A stretch of DNA of 30,801 bases from Candidatus Heimdallarchaeota archaeon. GTDB taxonomy: Archaea > Asgardarchaeota > Heimdallarchaeia > Hodarchaeales > Hodarchaeaceae. The stretch lies in NCBI GenBank assembly GCA_019057635.1, contig DXJL01000100.1, positions 1 through 30,801 of the forward strand, given 5' to 3'. Position numbers and translations under genes: made by a program. The notes beneath the pieces are model-generated. The model saw only the letters and a list, made by a program, of their open reading frames with translations. It did not search any database and had not been told where the DNA came from. Below are positions 1 through 9,117 of the stretch, piece after piece. The number at the start of each line of letters is the position of its first letter. Position 1 is the first letter of the stretch.

Positions 1-347
1 CCAATCTGATGTGGTGGAAATGATAAAATATCTATCCTATTGTCTTGTGCAGCCCAACCAGCAATCTCGGCATCAACGCATCTTACGGATATAATAGGGA
101 AATTTCTTCTTTCTCTTCGTAGAATCTGAACAATTTTTTCCTTTGGTATCTTACTGGAGTCAATATCTAACCTATTTATGAGATCTAAAGAATGAGTACT
201 TGAAAGTGTGTTTAAATCGAATGGTTTGGCGTCCCACTCTCTACCCAACCAGATTTGAGAAAACCCAAGAAGGTTACTAACTTCAAGAATGGCCTGTAAA
301 TTGGAATTAGTATCATGAGTAATATAATCAACAAATTTACGAGGCAC
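1..347 (-). CDS. rnp3: RNase P subunit p30 (Rpp30), 5' part; runs off the window start
   Basis: Not in the ORF track; translated by hand. GTG at 347 opens MPRKFVDY...LGFSQIW...RRNFPIISVRC...WAAQDNRIDILSFP with no stop to the window edge. The 'AAQDNRIDIL' motif and the position downstream of rpl15e match the conserved archaeal L15e-Rpp30-Pop5-proteasome/exosome cluster. Confidence 0.8.
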   Translation of the reverse strand, partial: MPRKFVDYITHDTNSNLQAILEVSNLLGFSQIWLGREWDAKPFDLNTLSSTHSLDLINRLDIDSSKIPKEKIVQILRRERRNFPIISVRCVDAEIAGWAAQDNRIDILSFPPHQI

Positions 348-532
348 ACAAATCACATTCCTGTATATTTTCATGCATTCGAGTATATTTTCTTTCGAGA
401 TACGATCTTATTAAAGGTTACTCTGAATGAGAAGATTTTGGATGAACTGAATAAAGTTCTTATTCATTTTTTGGAGCTATGATTAATGTTTCAATAAACC
501 AGAGCTGATATTATTCAATATTCCCATCTCTT

Positions 533-553
533 AAAATAAAAAAGGAAAAGAGA
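533..553 (-). terminator. T-rich archaeal terminator after rpl15e
   Basis: Minus strand reads TCTCTTTTCCTTTTTTATTTT about 45 nt after the rpl15e stop. Confidence 0.45.
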
Positions 554-598
554 TTTTGGATTGAACGTTTTCTAGATCCATAAAGACGTTATGAAGGA

Positions 599-1162
599 TT
601 ATCTATCATATGATGGACGAGTGTGCTCGCTTCCTTTACCCTTTCGAAGTAGTCCGCGACTTCTCTGCCCTGCAGATGTCTTACCTCTGAAGACACGACC
701 TTTATGACCCTGATTACAGATCCAGTTTATTTTAGGGTCTGATTGAATTTCAGGGGCTTCAGGATCCACTAAAATGACTTCAAACCAGCGATGAAGACCA
801 TCTGTTAATACAGGATAGCTATTCAAAACTTCAAGATTGGGGAATTTTCTTGCACATCTTTCTTCCGCAATCCATTGACGTGACTTTTTTGGGGTAATTC
901 GATTAACACCCATTCGTTTAGATCGACGTCCTTGAACAGGCCGAGATTTTCTGCGTCCTCCTCTCGGGACACGGACACGGGCTAAAATAAATCCTTTTTT
1001 ACGGCGATATCCAAGAGCACGGGCACGATCAATTCTTGTAGAATGATCTAAGCGAACGATACTGGGCTCTCGCCGCCATTTGACTAGCCTTGAGATTCTA
1101 AGCTTTTTGAACTCAACGGTTCGTTCTTTCCAGAATTTAGATACATACTTGTATGAACTCAT
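599..1162 (-). CDS. rpl15e: 50S ribosomal protein L15e
   Basis: TRIDRARALGYRRKKG, RVRVPRGGRRK, IAEERCARKFPNLEVLNSY, FEVILVDP and RVFRGKTSAG are L15e motifs; GGAGGT SD at 1170-1175. Confidence 0.98.
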   Translation of the reverse strand: MSSYKYVSKFWKERTVEFKKLRISRLVKWRREPSIVRLDHSTRIDRARALGYRRKKGFILARVRVPRGGRRKSRPVQGRRSKRMGVNRITPKKSRQWIAEERCARKFPNLEVLNSYPVLTDGLHRWFEVILVDPEAPEIQSDPKINWICNQGHKGRVFRGKTSAGQRSRGLLRKGKGSEHTRPSYDR

Positions 1163-1169
1163 ATAATTT

Positions 1170-1232
1170 ACCTCCGTTAGGTTCTGCGTTTAAACGAATC
1201 ATCTGATCCACGCAACATTCCAGAATGGAGAT
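1170..1232 (-). promoter_or_regulatory. Structured 5' leader of rpl15e (candidate eL15 r-leader)
   Basis: ATCTCC (1227-1232) can pair with the SD GGAGGT; nested TGCGT/ACGCA and GGATC/GATTC helices; GGAATGT...GCAGAACC core. Confidence 0.55.
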
Positions 1233-1260
1233 ACTTATTGGAGGCTCGACTGCTGGCTGT

Positions 1261-1266
1261 TTTAAA
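1261..1266 (-). promoter_or_regulatory. Putative TATA box of rpl15e
   Basis: TTTAAA about 25-30 nt upstream of the structured leader. Confidence 0.4.
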
Positions 1267-1465
1267 TGCTTGCGCTTAAACTGGATAAAAATCGTCATTT
1301 TTCAAATCCCTCCCTATAGAGTATGCTAGATGGTAATTGATCATTAGATCACCAAAAATACTACCCAAATGAGTAGTATCATCGTAATTATTAATTTGGT
1401 CTTTTTCTCAGATAAGTGTGTCTATTAAATAGAATTGATATGAAGCTAAGTCATTTAACTTAGTT

Positions 1466-1687
1466 ATGCAAGAATTAGAGATTAAAGTGAATATAATAAT
1501 GCAATCAGAGCAAATTAAAAAAAGGATTTTGATAACAGACACAATTTCCCCCTCTGCTGTTAATAAACTACGGGAAGAATTTGAAGTAGTAACAAAGCAG
1601 TATTCTCCAGATGAATTACTATTAGAGATAAGCAAGTATCATGAAATTACAAATGCAATTACATATTATAAAATATCGGAACTTTAA
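1466..1687 (+). pseudogene. Truncated N-terminal fragment of a SerA-like dehydrogenase paralogue
   Basis: RILITDTISPSAVNKLREEFEVV...ELLLEISKYH aligns ungapped (25/40 identical, counted by hand) with the N-terminus of the downstream gene. Similarity then stops abruptly. Confidence 0.8.
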
Positions 1688-1718
1688 TACTAGTCTGTTT
1701 AATTGCATTCAATAAGCA

Positions 1719-1769
1719 TTATAAATGTCTTAGATATGTCTATTGTCATTTCTAACGATATCATGACAA
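1719..1769 (+). promoter_or_regulatory. Putative serA promoter (TTATAAA) with downstream 7-bp inverted repeat
   Basis: TTATAAA at 1719-1725; TTGTCAT-N13-ATGACAA at 1743-1769. Confidence 0.35.
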
Positions 1770-1814
1770 ATGAAGACCATATCCTAATCTAAATACCCCA
1801 TCACTAACACAGAG

Positions 1815-2783
1815 ATGAAAAATATAATGATGAAAGTTCTTATTGCAGATTCCATTGCCTCCTCTGCGGTTGCTAAACTTAAGGAAGAATTTGAAGTCGT
1901 AGAACACCACTATACTCCTGAAGAATTATTATCTGAGATTGGTAAATATCACGCAGTGATTGTCCGAAGTGCTACTAAAATACCCCGTGAAGTCATTGAA
2001 GCAGGGACAAAATTAAAAGTCATAGGAAGAGCAGGTGTTGGGGTTGATAATATCGATGTGGGAACAGCCACGAAAAAAGGAATTTATGTTGTTAATTCCC
2101 CTCGTGCTTCTACAATTTCTGTAGCGGAGATGACCATTGCGCTTATCCTTGCTCTTGGCCGTCGAGTGGTTCAAGCGAGTATTAGAACAAAAAGAGGGGA
2201 ATGGCCGAAAAAAGAATTTATGGGGATGGAATTATTTGGCAAAAAATTAGGTTTTGTTGGTTGTGGTAGGATTGGATCGGAAGTAGCAGTACGAGCACTT
2301 GCTTTTGGAATGAAACCCATAATCTATGATCCTTATCTTCCTCCAGAACTTTTCTTGAAATTTGGAGCAGATGAAATTATCGATCTTGGGGAATTATTTG
2401 AAAAATCTGATTTTATTACGATACATGCCTTACTTAATGATGAAACTCGTGGAATGATTAGTGATCGTGAGTTTGACCTAATGAAGCCAACAGCATACCT
2501 AGTGAACTGTGCCCGTGGAGGTATTGTCGATGAAGAGGCCTTATATGTTGCGTTGAAAGAAGGAAAAATTGCTGGGGCCGCACTAGACGTCTTTACGGTT
2601 GAACCAGTAAAAGAAAGTAAATTATTTGAGTTAGAGAATCTCTATGTGTCTCCACATGTAGCTGCATCGACAAAAGAAGCACAAGAGCGTGCTGGAAGCA
2701 TAACAGCAGAACAAATACGGCTAGTTTTATTAGGAAAATTGCCAGAATTTTGTGTGAATGCTCGTGACCTCAAACAGAGTTAA
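1815..2783 (+). CDS. serA: D-isomer 2-hydroxyacid dehydrogenase, D-3-phosphoglycerate dehydrogenase-like (short form, no ACT domain)
   Basis: VRSATK, IGRAGVGVDNID, GCGRIG (NAD-binding), NCARGGIVDE, ALDVF..EP, SPHVAAST.EAQ. The true start may be one of the Met codons a few residues downstream. Confidence 0.88.
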   Translation: MKNIMMKVLIADSIASSAVAKLKEEFEVVEHHYTPEELLSEIGKYHAVIVRSATKIPREVIEAGTKLKVIGRAGVGVDNIDVGTATKKGIYVVNSPRASTISVAEMTIALILALGRRVVQASIRTKRGEWPKKEFMGMELFGKKLGFVGCGRIGSEVAVRALAFGMKPIIYDPYLPPELFLKFGADEIIDLGELFEKSDFITIHALLNDETRGMISDREFDLMKPTAYLVNCARGGIVDEEALYVALKEGKIAGAALDVFTVEPVKESKLFELENLYVSPHVAASTKEAQERAGSITAEQIRLVLLGKLPEFCVNARDLKQS

Positions 2784-3313
2784 TGATTGGAAGCTTTTTT
2801 ATGAAAGATGCTGAAGAATCGGACATGCGGAAGAAAAGCGTAAAATTAAATGCTGAAGAGGATGTGAAAGAGCTCCTTTCTCCAGAAATATTAAGTGTAT
2901 CACAGAAAGTTAGTACTGATGATATGGAGGAAAAATTCCCACATTTACATGCTGAAATTACAAGAAAATCGATGAATATCAATATTGATGTAGTGGAAGG
3001 TAATTTCGGTCCATCTAAACAAGGAGAAGGTCATGAAAATTTAATTGATCCTTTTAGAGATTTTATGCCCTCTGTATCAGATTACTTATGCCGTGCTCGA
3101 ACCGAGAAAGAAGCAAAAGAAATAATCGATTTTTCATTAGGGCAAGGTCGTCTTTCAGAGCAAGAAGCAGATGAGCTATTAGAACAGCTTGAAAAGGAAG
3201 GAGTAAGAGCTTTCGGGACTATAAGAACAAACGGTCACTATTTTCGAAAGGCAAGCAAGATCAGAAATCGTCAGGTAATTAAAAAACGGTATTCTACTCC
3301 TGATAACAAATAG
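2783..3313 (+). CDS. DUF2095-family archaeal protein
   Basis: FPHLHAEI...P.V.DYL.RA.T..EA.EIIDF...G.L...A..L..QL.KEGVRAFG.....HY pattern. Confidence 0.75.
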   Translation: MIGSFFMKDAEESDMRKKSVKLNAEEDVKELLSPEILSVSQKVSTDDMEEKFPHLHAEITRKSMNINIDVVEGNFGPSKQGEGHENLIDPFRDFMPSVSDYLCRARTEKEAKEIIDFSLGQGRLSEQEADELLEQLEKEGVRAFGTIRTNGHYFRKASKIRNRQVIKKRYSTPDNK

Positions 3314-3326
3314 CTGATCTTAGTCT

Positions 3327-4526
3327 CTATACTGCAGCAACAATCTTTATAATATCCGCTGAGCTAAGTTCGTGTTTATCAGAAAGTTTACGGTTGGCCC
3401 TTACATCAATCCCGTAAATAAAGTTCTTATAAAGATCCTGATGAATTATTCCAGCAAGTTCTTTTACAGTAGTTCCCTTGGTGACCAAATAAGTATCAGG
3501 TAATACCTTTCCATCTTGATCACTTAGTTTTGAGGCATCTGCAACTGGATAAACTGGAATGAGTTCCAAAATATTGAATACCGCTTGGTTTAAAGTCTGA
3601 AAAACTCCTGTAGTCTCATATTTTTCAAGGATTTCAGTTTTTATTTTATTGATTATCTCTTCCTCTTTGGAAGAAACCTCACCTATTATTGAAAGGGACC
3701 CACTCGCAGATACATACTCAATTTTATTCTGTTCACTAAACTTTCTCAGAACATTGTCTGTAAGTGCTGATGTGGGGATTATCATCTCTCCATATTTTTC
3801 TTTTAATTTGTTAAAGTTCATTGTAGAGGTGGGGCGATCAATTTTATTTGCCGCAATGATTATAGGCTTCCCCAATAGCCTGACTTCTTTGCATAAATTT
3901 AATATTTGCTCGTCACTCCATTCATCTACCTTAGACGCATCTAATTTCAAGTTTGAGATTGACTTTTGAATGATTGGCTTACTAATCTTAATTCCGGTTA
4001 GTTTATTAGCAATGAAATCGATAATATTTGTACTCTCAGTCTTTGCTTTTCGAACTGCTTTCGTCCAGTCTTTCTTCAGAATACCATTCATCCACTGGGC
4101 AATTTCATTCTCAAGAAAAGCGATATCTTGCTCTGGATCATAACTTCCTGTTTTAACTTGCTCTCCTTCCTCATTCAAAGAGCCAGACACATCTAATACA
4201 TGAATTAAAATATCTGCTTGAGCAAGATCTGATAAAAATTGATTTCCCATCCCTTTTCCTTCATACGCTCCTGGAACAAGTCCCGCGACATCGATGATTT
4301 TTACTGGTATCTTCCTAACATTGTCTACACATTCAGAATTACGAGGCTCACATGTAACGTCAAACTCATGGCACACACATGGAGTAGTAACAAATCCTAC
4401 TCCTTGATTTGGCTGAATTGTAGTAAACGGATAATCAGCAGTTTTTGCTGAGGTATTACATAACGCATTAAGAAACGTGGTTTTTCCGGAAGAAGGCTTG
4501 CCTACTATGCCAATAAGTACACCCAT
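3327..4526 (-). CDS. Archaeal translation-associated Obg/YchF-like GTPase with TGS domain
   Basis: G1 GKPSSGKTT, G2 YPFTT, G3 DVAG + G.G.GNQFL, G4 NKID, Cys cluster CVC...C...C, C-terminal TGS (LAGIIHQDL). Confidence 0.93.
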   Translation of the reverse strand: MGVLIGIVGKPSSGKTTFLNALCNTSAKTADYPFTTIQPNQGVGFVTTPCVCHEFDVTCEPRNSECVDNVRKIPVKIIDVAGLVPGAYEGKGMGNQFLSDLAQADILIHVLDVSGSLNEEGEQVKTGSYDPEQDIAFLENEIAQWMNGILKKDWTKAVRKAKTESTNIIDFIANKLTGIKISKPIIQKSISNLKLDASKVDEWSDEQILNLCKEVRLLGKPIIIAANKIDRPTSTMNFNKLKEKYGEMIIPTSALTDNVLRKFSEQNKIEYVSASGSLSIIGEVSSKEEEIINKIKTEILEKYETTGVFQTLNQAVFNILELIPVYPVADASKLSDQDGKVLPDTYLVTKGTTVKELAGIIHQDLYKNFIYGIDVRANRKLSDKHELSSADIIKIVAAV

Positions 4527-4615
4527 GTTGATTCAATCTCCAGTAGTTTTTGATGGAATATTTACTATACTTATACCTGAAACTTTTAATCACTACTATA
4601 AAATTGTACTAATCG

Positions 4616-5410
4616 ATGAGACAAATCATATTTCCACCCGAGATTCAAGCATTCGAGACACGATTATCATCTAAAACTCTAAAATTACTCAAAAAATCAA
4701 TAGCAAATTTCCTAAAGGATAAATCTGAACTTAAACTTGAAAATTGGTATGAATTAGTAAGAGAACTCCAAGTTCAACATAATATAGACTCACCTAGTCT
4801 TTGGGCATTGACTGCTAAGTTGGCATGGATTTTAACCGATTTAGAATTCTTTGCATCTCATCGCTCACTCTTAAATAAGTTTAAAAAAACCCCTTTGCTC
4901 ACTTGTTACATTGGATTAGGATTAGCGGAATTTATCGATTATGAACGAGGGCTAACCCTTTTAGAAAAAGGTTTTGAAGAGATAAAGCTCGCTATGGATA
5001 AAGATGCGATTATAGATATCATTACTCCATATTCATTGATATTGAGCAATTCTGACAACCATGAGAAATTAGTATCCGTGTACGATGAAATTAGAGACTT
5101 ATTAAGAATTGAATCTGCAAGCCCAATAACCCAATATCCGTTTTTAATCCCCGTATATTTATTTGTGAATAAGAAGAAGAAGAAATACGATTACAAAAAA
5201 CGAGACGAACTTCTTTCATCAATCCTTAAGACAGGAAACAATTTAGATTGCGCCCTCACCTACACGCTCCTATCCTCAGATGAAGACGAAGCCTCCCACC
5301 TTCACAATGTTATGTCATCTTTCAAGCATTTAAGTGCGATCGGTGCAAAAAACAGGTCAATTATTGCATACCAAATTATGCGAATTATTTGGGTAAGAAA
5401 TCTGGTATAG
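4616..5410 (+). CDS. Helical TPR-like protein, N-terminal part (frameshifted relative to 5389..6345)
   Basis: Amphipathic helical repeats; the last ~12 residues look out of frame and overlap the next ORF in the -1 frame. Confidence 0.6.
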   Translation: MRQIIFPPEIQAFETRLSSKTLKLLKKSIANFLKDKSELKLENWYELVRELQVQHNIDSPSLWALTAKLAWILTDLEFFASHRSLLNKFKKTPLLTCYIGLGLAEFIDYERGLTLLEKGFEEIKLAMDKDAIIDIITPYSLILSNSDNHEKLVSVYDEIRDLLRIESASPITQYPFLIPVYLFVNKKKKKYDYKKRDELLSSILKTGNNLDCALTYTLLSSDEDEASHLHNVMSSFKHLSAIGAKNRSIIAYQIMRIIWVRNLV

Positions 5411-6345
5411 AGGGAGCTAGGGAATATTTCAATAAAGCAATAAGCATAGCAAATACTTTAACTCCAGATCAAGATCAACCAGGGCCTCTTGCTGTTTATC
5501 CATTATCCCAAAAAGCCCAAATGCTGATCGAATGCGGAGAACTTGATAATGCAGATCGAACTTTTTCACAACTGCAGAATGTAGCCGAAGTTTTCAATAA
5601 TGATATGTATCAGGCAAGAGCAGAATTTGGACTCGCGTACATCGCCTTTTTATTGTTAGATAATGATTCTGCGTTAAATTACGCTAATAGAGGATTAGCA
5701 CTAGCAAATAAATCACTAAATTATAAACTTAAATGTCATTATGAGTTGAAATATGCTGAGCTTTTGCTTGATTTGAATAAACAAGAAGAAGCAAAGAAAT
5801 TCATTTCTATCCTGGCTGAAAGAAAATTCAGTGATTGTACAGAACTATATTATCAATATATTAAAGGTAAATACGAATTAAGTAATCACAATATTGGATT
5901 GGTAAAGAGTTTATTAGAAGATGTGTTATTAAACTCCGAAGAATGTAAAGAAATTCGATCTTCTGTTTTGTTTGCCCTTACAGAAGGATATTTATACGAG
6001 TATCGGATTTCAGAAGATATTAGCATCCTATCGACTGCTCAAAAAACAATTGAGGATGGTCTTCAAACTATTACAGATACTCCAAGAGTGGCAAAGGGAA
6101 AATGGCTTAATTCAATCCTTCTTATGGCTCAAGGAAAAATGTATGCTGCAGAAGATCTTCTCATTGAACTTACATCTGAGAAAAAAGCAAAAGTGCCAAG
6201 AATTTTAAAACTAGCGGAAGAATTGCTTGATAGAATTAGACAACAGCGTATTGAAAGTGTTGATATTTCGCCTATTTCAAATATAAAAGATGTAGTGCGG
6301 TATCTAAGAGATGCAAAATCATTTATCGAATTAGATTCCAGATAA
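5389..6345 (+). CDS. TPR-repeat protein, C-terminal part
   Basis: AREYFNKAISIA, GELDNADRTF, ARAEFGLAYIA...ALNYANRGLALA and similar TPR-like helices. The frame is open from 5284, upstream of the TTG called as the start. Confidence 0.7.
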   Translation: MGKKSGIEGAREYFNKAISIANTLTPDQDQPGPLAVYPLSQKAQMLIECGELDNADRTFSQLQNVAEVFNNDMYQARAEFGLAYIAFLLLDNDSALNYANRGLALANKSLNYKLKCHYELKYAELLLDLNKQEEAKKFISILAERKFSDCTELYYQYIKGKYELSNHNIGLVKSLLEDVLLNSEECKEIRSSVLFALTEGYLYEYRISEDISILSTAQKTIEDGLQTITDTPRVAKGKWLNSILLMAQGKMYAAEDLLIELTSEKKAKVPRILKLAEELLDRIRQQRIESVDISPISNIKDVVRYLRDAKSFIELDSR

Positions 6346-6356
6346 AGTAATCTCAA

Positions 6357-7829
6357 TCAACTACAGTAATTCTGTTGATAAAAATCTTGAGGATCAACCT
6401 TTAAGGTTTTCCTCCACGCTTGATATGAACCATCACGCAAAGCTAGCTCCTCCATTATAGGTGCTAATTCTCTTCCTCCTATGGATAAGATCGCCTGTAT
6501 AACAGCCCAACGTGTTGGGAAAACTTTGTAAGTTAGATTCTTTCCTAAGTTTTTCTTCAGAAATTTCACCCCTTTATCAATGGAAGCATAATCCACACAC
6601 TGGGTTCCAAATTTTGTTCCTTTTTTCGGCACCAGGGGAGTGATTGATAATTTAAATTTCATATTTGCATTTTTAAGTTTAAGATCAGTCATTAAATCTG
6701 CAATTGCTTTAGCTTCCATATTTGGATCAGAGGTTAAACCAAGAATGAAATAAGTCTTTAATTGTGATATTCCAGATTTAGTAGCTTCTGATGTAAAAGA
6801 ATAAATCTGCTCATTTGAGATTTTCTTCCCAACAGCTCTTCGTGTTTCAGTTAATCCAGTTTCAGGTGCTATTGTGAGTGAATTTTGTCCAGATTGCTTT
6901 AATAAATGAAGAATCTCTTCACCTGAATCTACTCTGATACTGGGTAGAGTAAACCGTAATCCTTTCTCTAAGAAAAAGGTAATCAATTCATTAATCTTGC
7001 TATAGTCTGCCGTACTCGAACCAATTAAGGAAAAGTAGCTTGTTTGAGTTTCAATATTGCCTGAGATTATTAATTGTTGTAAATTGGTAATACTTCGCTC
7101 TCTATGTGGCCGAAAGATTTTTCCAATGAGGCAATAATGACATCCATGGGGACAGCCACGAGAGACTTGTAGAAAGTACCCGTCTAGACCAATTTTTTTC
7201 TGAGGTTGGCCATATATTGGTCTCACCTGTGCTACTGGATAATTAACAGCATCTAAGTTTTCTGTAACAATTGTTTTTACAGATTCTACATAATTATCTG
7301 AACTACAGAACCCAGGAAGAATCGCTATTGAATCGTGAATATTGGTAAACTTACTGTCTATTAAGGTTTCAAGAAAATCGTCTGCAATGGACTCGAATTC
7401 TCCGATAAAAACAAAATCAAATATATCTAGGATCGGGAATGGATTTGCAGTAACTGCAGGGCCGCCTGCAATAAGAAGAGGATGAGAATTATTTCTATCC
7501 TTCGTAAAAAGCGGGATTTTCGATATCTGAAGCATTTTAATTGCATTAATATAGTCTAATTCAAATTGGAAGGAAAAAGCTAACACATTGAATTGAGGTA
7601 GAGCGGAATCTGTTTCTAAAGAACGAGCTATCACATTTTTTTCATTGGGTTTAAAAATTCGTTCAGTAAAAATGTTTTGATGCTGATTTAAGAGGTGGTA
7701 TAGTAATTTCACGGATAAACCTGACATCCCAACCGAATATGAGTTTGGATAAACAAGACCAATTCGCCAATTTATCGAACGAGTTGGTTTTTGAAAAACA
7801 TTAATTTCTCTAACCCAAGAGGTTCTCAT
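6357..7829 (-). CDS. Radical SAM protein with N-terminal B12-binding-like domain, function unknown
   Basis: CxxxCxxC (RGCPHGCHYC); LVYPNSY.VGMS, FSFQFELDY, IAGGP...NP, IGEFE, TIAPETG, YFILGL. Confidence 0.9.
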   Translation of the reverse strand: MRTSWVREINVFQKPTRSINWRIGLVYPNSYSVGMSGLSVKLLYHLLNQHQNIFTERIFKPNEKNVIARSLETDSALPQFNVLAFSFQFELDYINAIKMLQISKIPLFTKDRNNSHPLLIAGGPAVTANPFPILDIFDFVFIGEFESIADDFLETLIDSKFTNIHDSIAILPGFCSSDNYVESVKTIVTENLDAVNYPVAQVRPIYGQPQKKIGLDGYFLQVSRGCPHGCHYCLIGKIFRPHRERSITNLQQLIISGNIETQTSYFSLIGSSTADYSKINELITFFLEKGLRFTLPSIRVDSGEEILHLLKQSGQNSLTIAPETGLTETRRAVGKKISNEQIYSFTSEATKSGISQLKTYFILGLTSDPNMEAKAIADLMTDLKLKNANMKFKLSITPLVPKKGTKFGTQCVDYASIDKGVKFLKKNLGKNLTYKVFPTRWAVIQAILSIGGRELAPIMEELALRDGSYQAWRKTLKVDPQDFYQQNYCS

Positions 7830-7842
7830 ACGTACTCTACCC

Positions 7843-9117
7843 CTACTTGTTTTCTTTAAGGATTACACGACCAGTCTCGGGTTCATAATAAGAAAGACTG
7901 TTTGGTGGAATATTAGTAGATATAAGAGTATGTGCACCAATACGAGAGTTCTCACCAATGGATATCCCAGGCATAATTGAAACATTTATTCCTGTTTTAA
8001 CATTATCTCCCATTATTGTGCCTAATTTTCTTTCTCCACTATCAACCCGATTTCCTTGAATTTGCATCGAAATCGATCTATCATCCAATTTTAAATTAGC
8101 AACCTTAGTCCCTGCACCAAAATTACACCTACTCCCAATGATCGAATCACCTACATAGGATAGATGACCAATAGTTGTACCATCAAGAATAATACTATTT
8201 TTAATTTCCACAGCATTACCAATCCGAACATTTTTTCCGATATAGGTTCCTGATCGAATAAAACTGTTTGGACCAACCACAGCATCTTCGTCAATGACTA
8301 CTGGCCCTTGAATAAACGTTCCTGGGCGTAAGACTGCCGAATCAGAAATTTCCACGGGACCTTCTATTGTCACACCTGCTACTGGCAAAATTTTAGAGTC
8401 ACGGCGTATTTGTTTTAGTCCAAGTGCATTTGCTGCAAGTAAATCCCAGGGGTAACCAGTATCTATCCAATAATCATCAATTTCATAAAAGCCAAAGGGT
8501 CTACCAGCTTGTATTAATTTATTAATTCCATCTGTAAGTTCAATTTCCCCTCGATCTGATTCCTCTAATTTCTCTAGGATTGTAAAAATCTCTTCAGGTA
8601 TGATCATCAATCCTGCATTGATGAAACGACTTGGTGGATCAGGTTTTTTTTCCCAAATATGAACTAGTTTCTCATTAGCGGTTTCTAAACACCCATACTT
8701 CTCTGGTGCATCTACTTCAAATGTCGCTATAACACCATTTAATTTTTTTGTTGACAGAGGATAATTAATGATGTTTTGGATAGTATTTCGACTTGCAAAT
8801 ATATCTCCATACATCATAAAAAACTGTTTTGAGGCAATAAGGTGTTCACACAATTGGATAGCATGACCAGTCCCCTTTTGTTCCTTTTGGGTTACCCAGA
8901 CAATTTCAAATGGATAGGATTCCTTATTTATTCTCGCCATGATTTGTTTTTTTTCGTGTCCAACAACAATAATCGCTCGTGAAATCTTCTCACTAAATGA
9001 GTCCAGAATATTGCAAAGTAATGGTCTCCCTGCGATTGGGAACAATGGTTTGGGTAAATGTTTTGTCAGTGGTAAAAGTCGTGTACCCTTCCCAGCCGTT
9101 AAAACTATTGCATCCAT
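7843..9117 (-). CDS. glmU: Bifunctional sugar-1-phosphate nucleotidylyltransferase/acetyltransferase (archaeal GlmU type)
   Basis: LTAGKGTRLLPLT...PKPL, QKGTGHA, EKK, S.RGEIELTD, W.D.GYPWDLL, hexapeptide region with HLSYVGDS and NFGAGT. Confidence 0.92.
   Translation of the reverse strand: MDAIVLTAGKGTRLLPLTKHLPKPLFPIAGRPLLCNILDSFSEKISRAIIVVGHEKKQIMARINKESYPFEIVWVTQKEQKGTGHAIQLCEHLIASKQFFMMYGDIFASRNTIQNIINYPLSTKKLNGVIATFEVDAPEKYGCLETANEKLVHIWEKKPDPPSRFINAGLMIIPEEIFTILEKLEESDRGEIELTDGINKLIQAGRPFGFYEIDDYWIDTGYPWDLLAANALGLKQIRRDSKILPVAGVTIEGPVEISDSAVLRPGTFIQGPVVIDEDAVVGPNSFIRSGTYIGKNVRIGNAVEIKNSIILDGTTIGHLSYVGDSIIGSRCNFGAGTKVANLKLDDRSISMQIQGNRVDSGERKLGTIMGDNVKTGINVSIMPGISIGENSRIGAHTLISTNIPPNSLSYYEPETGRVILKENK

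Noticed and set aside
5408-5410. Pyrrolysine/stop readthrough of the TAG in the TPR gene
   Set aside because: The same frame stops again about 11 codons later; the continuation is in the -1 frame.
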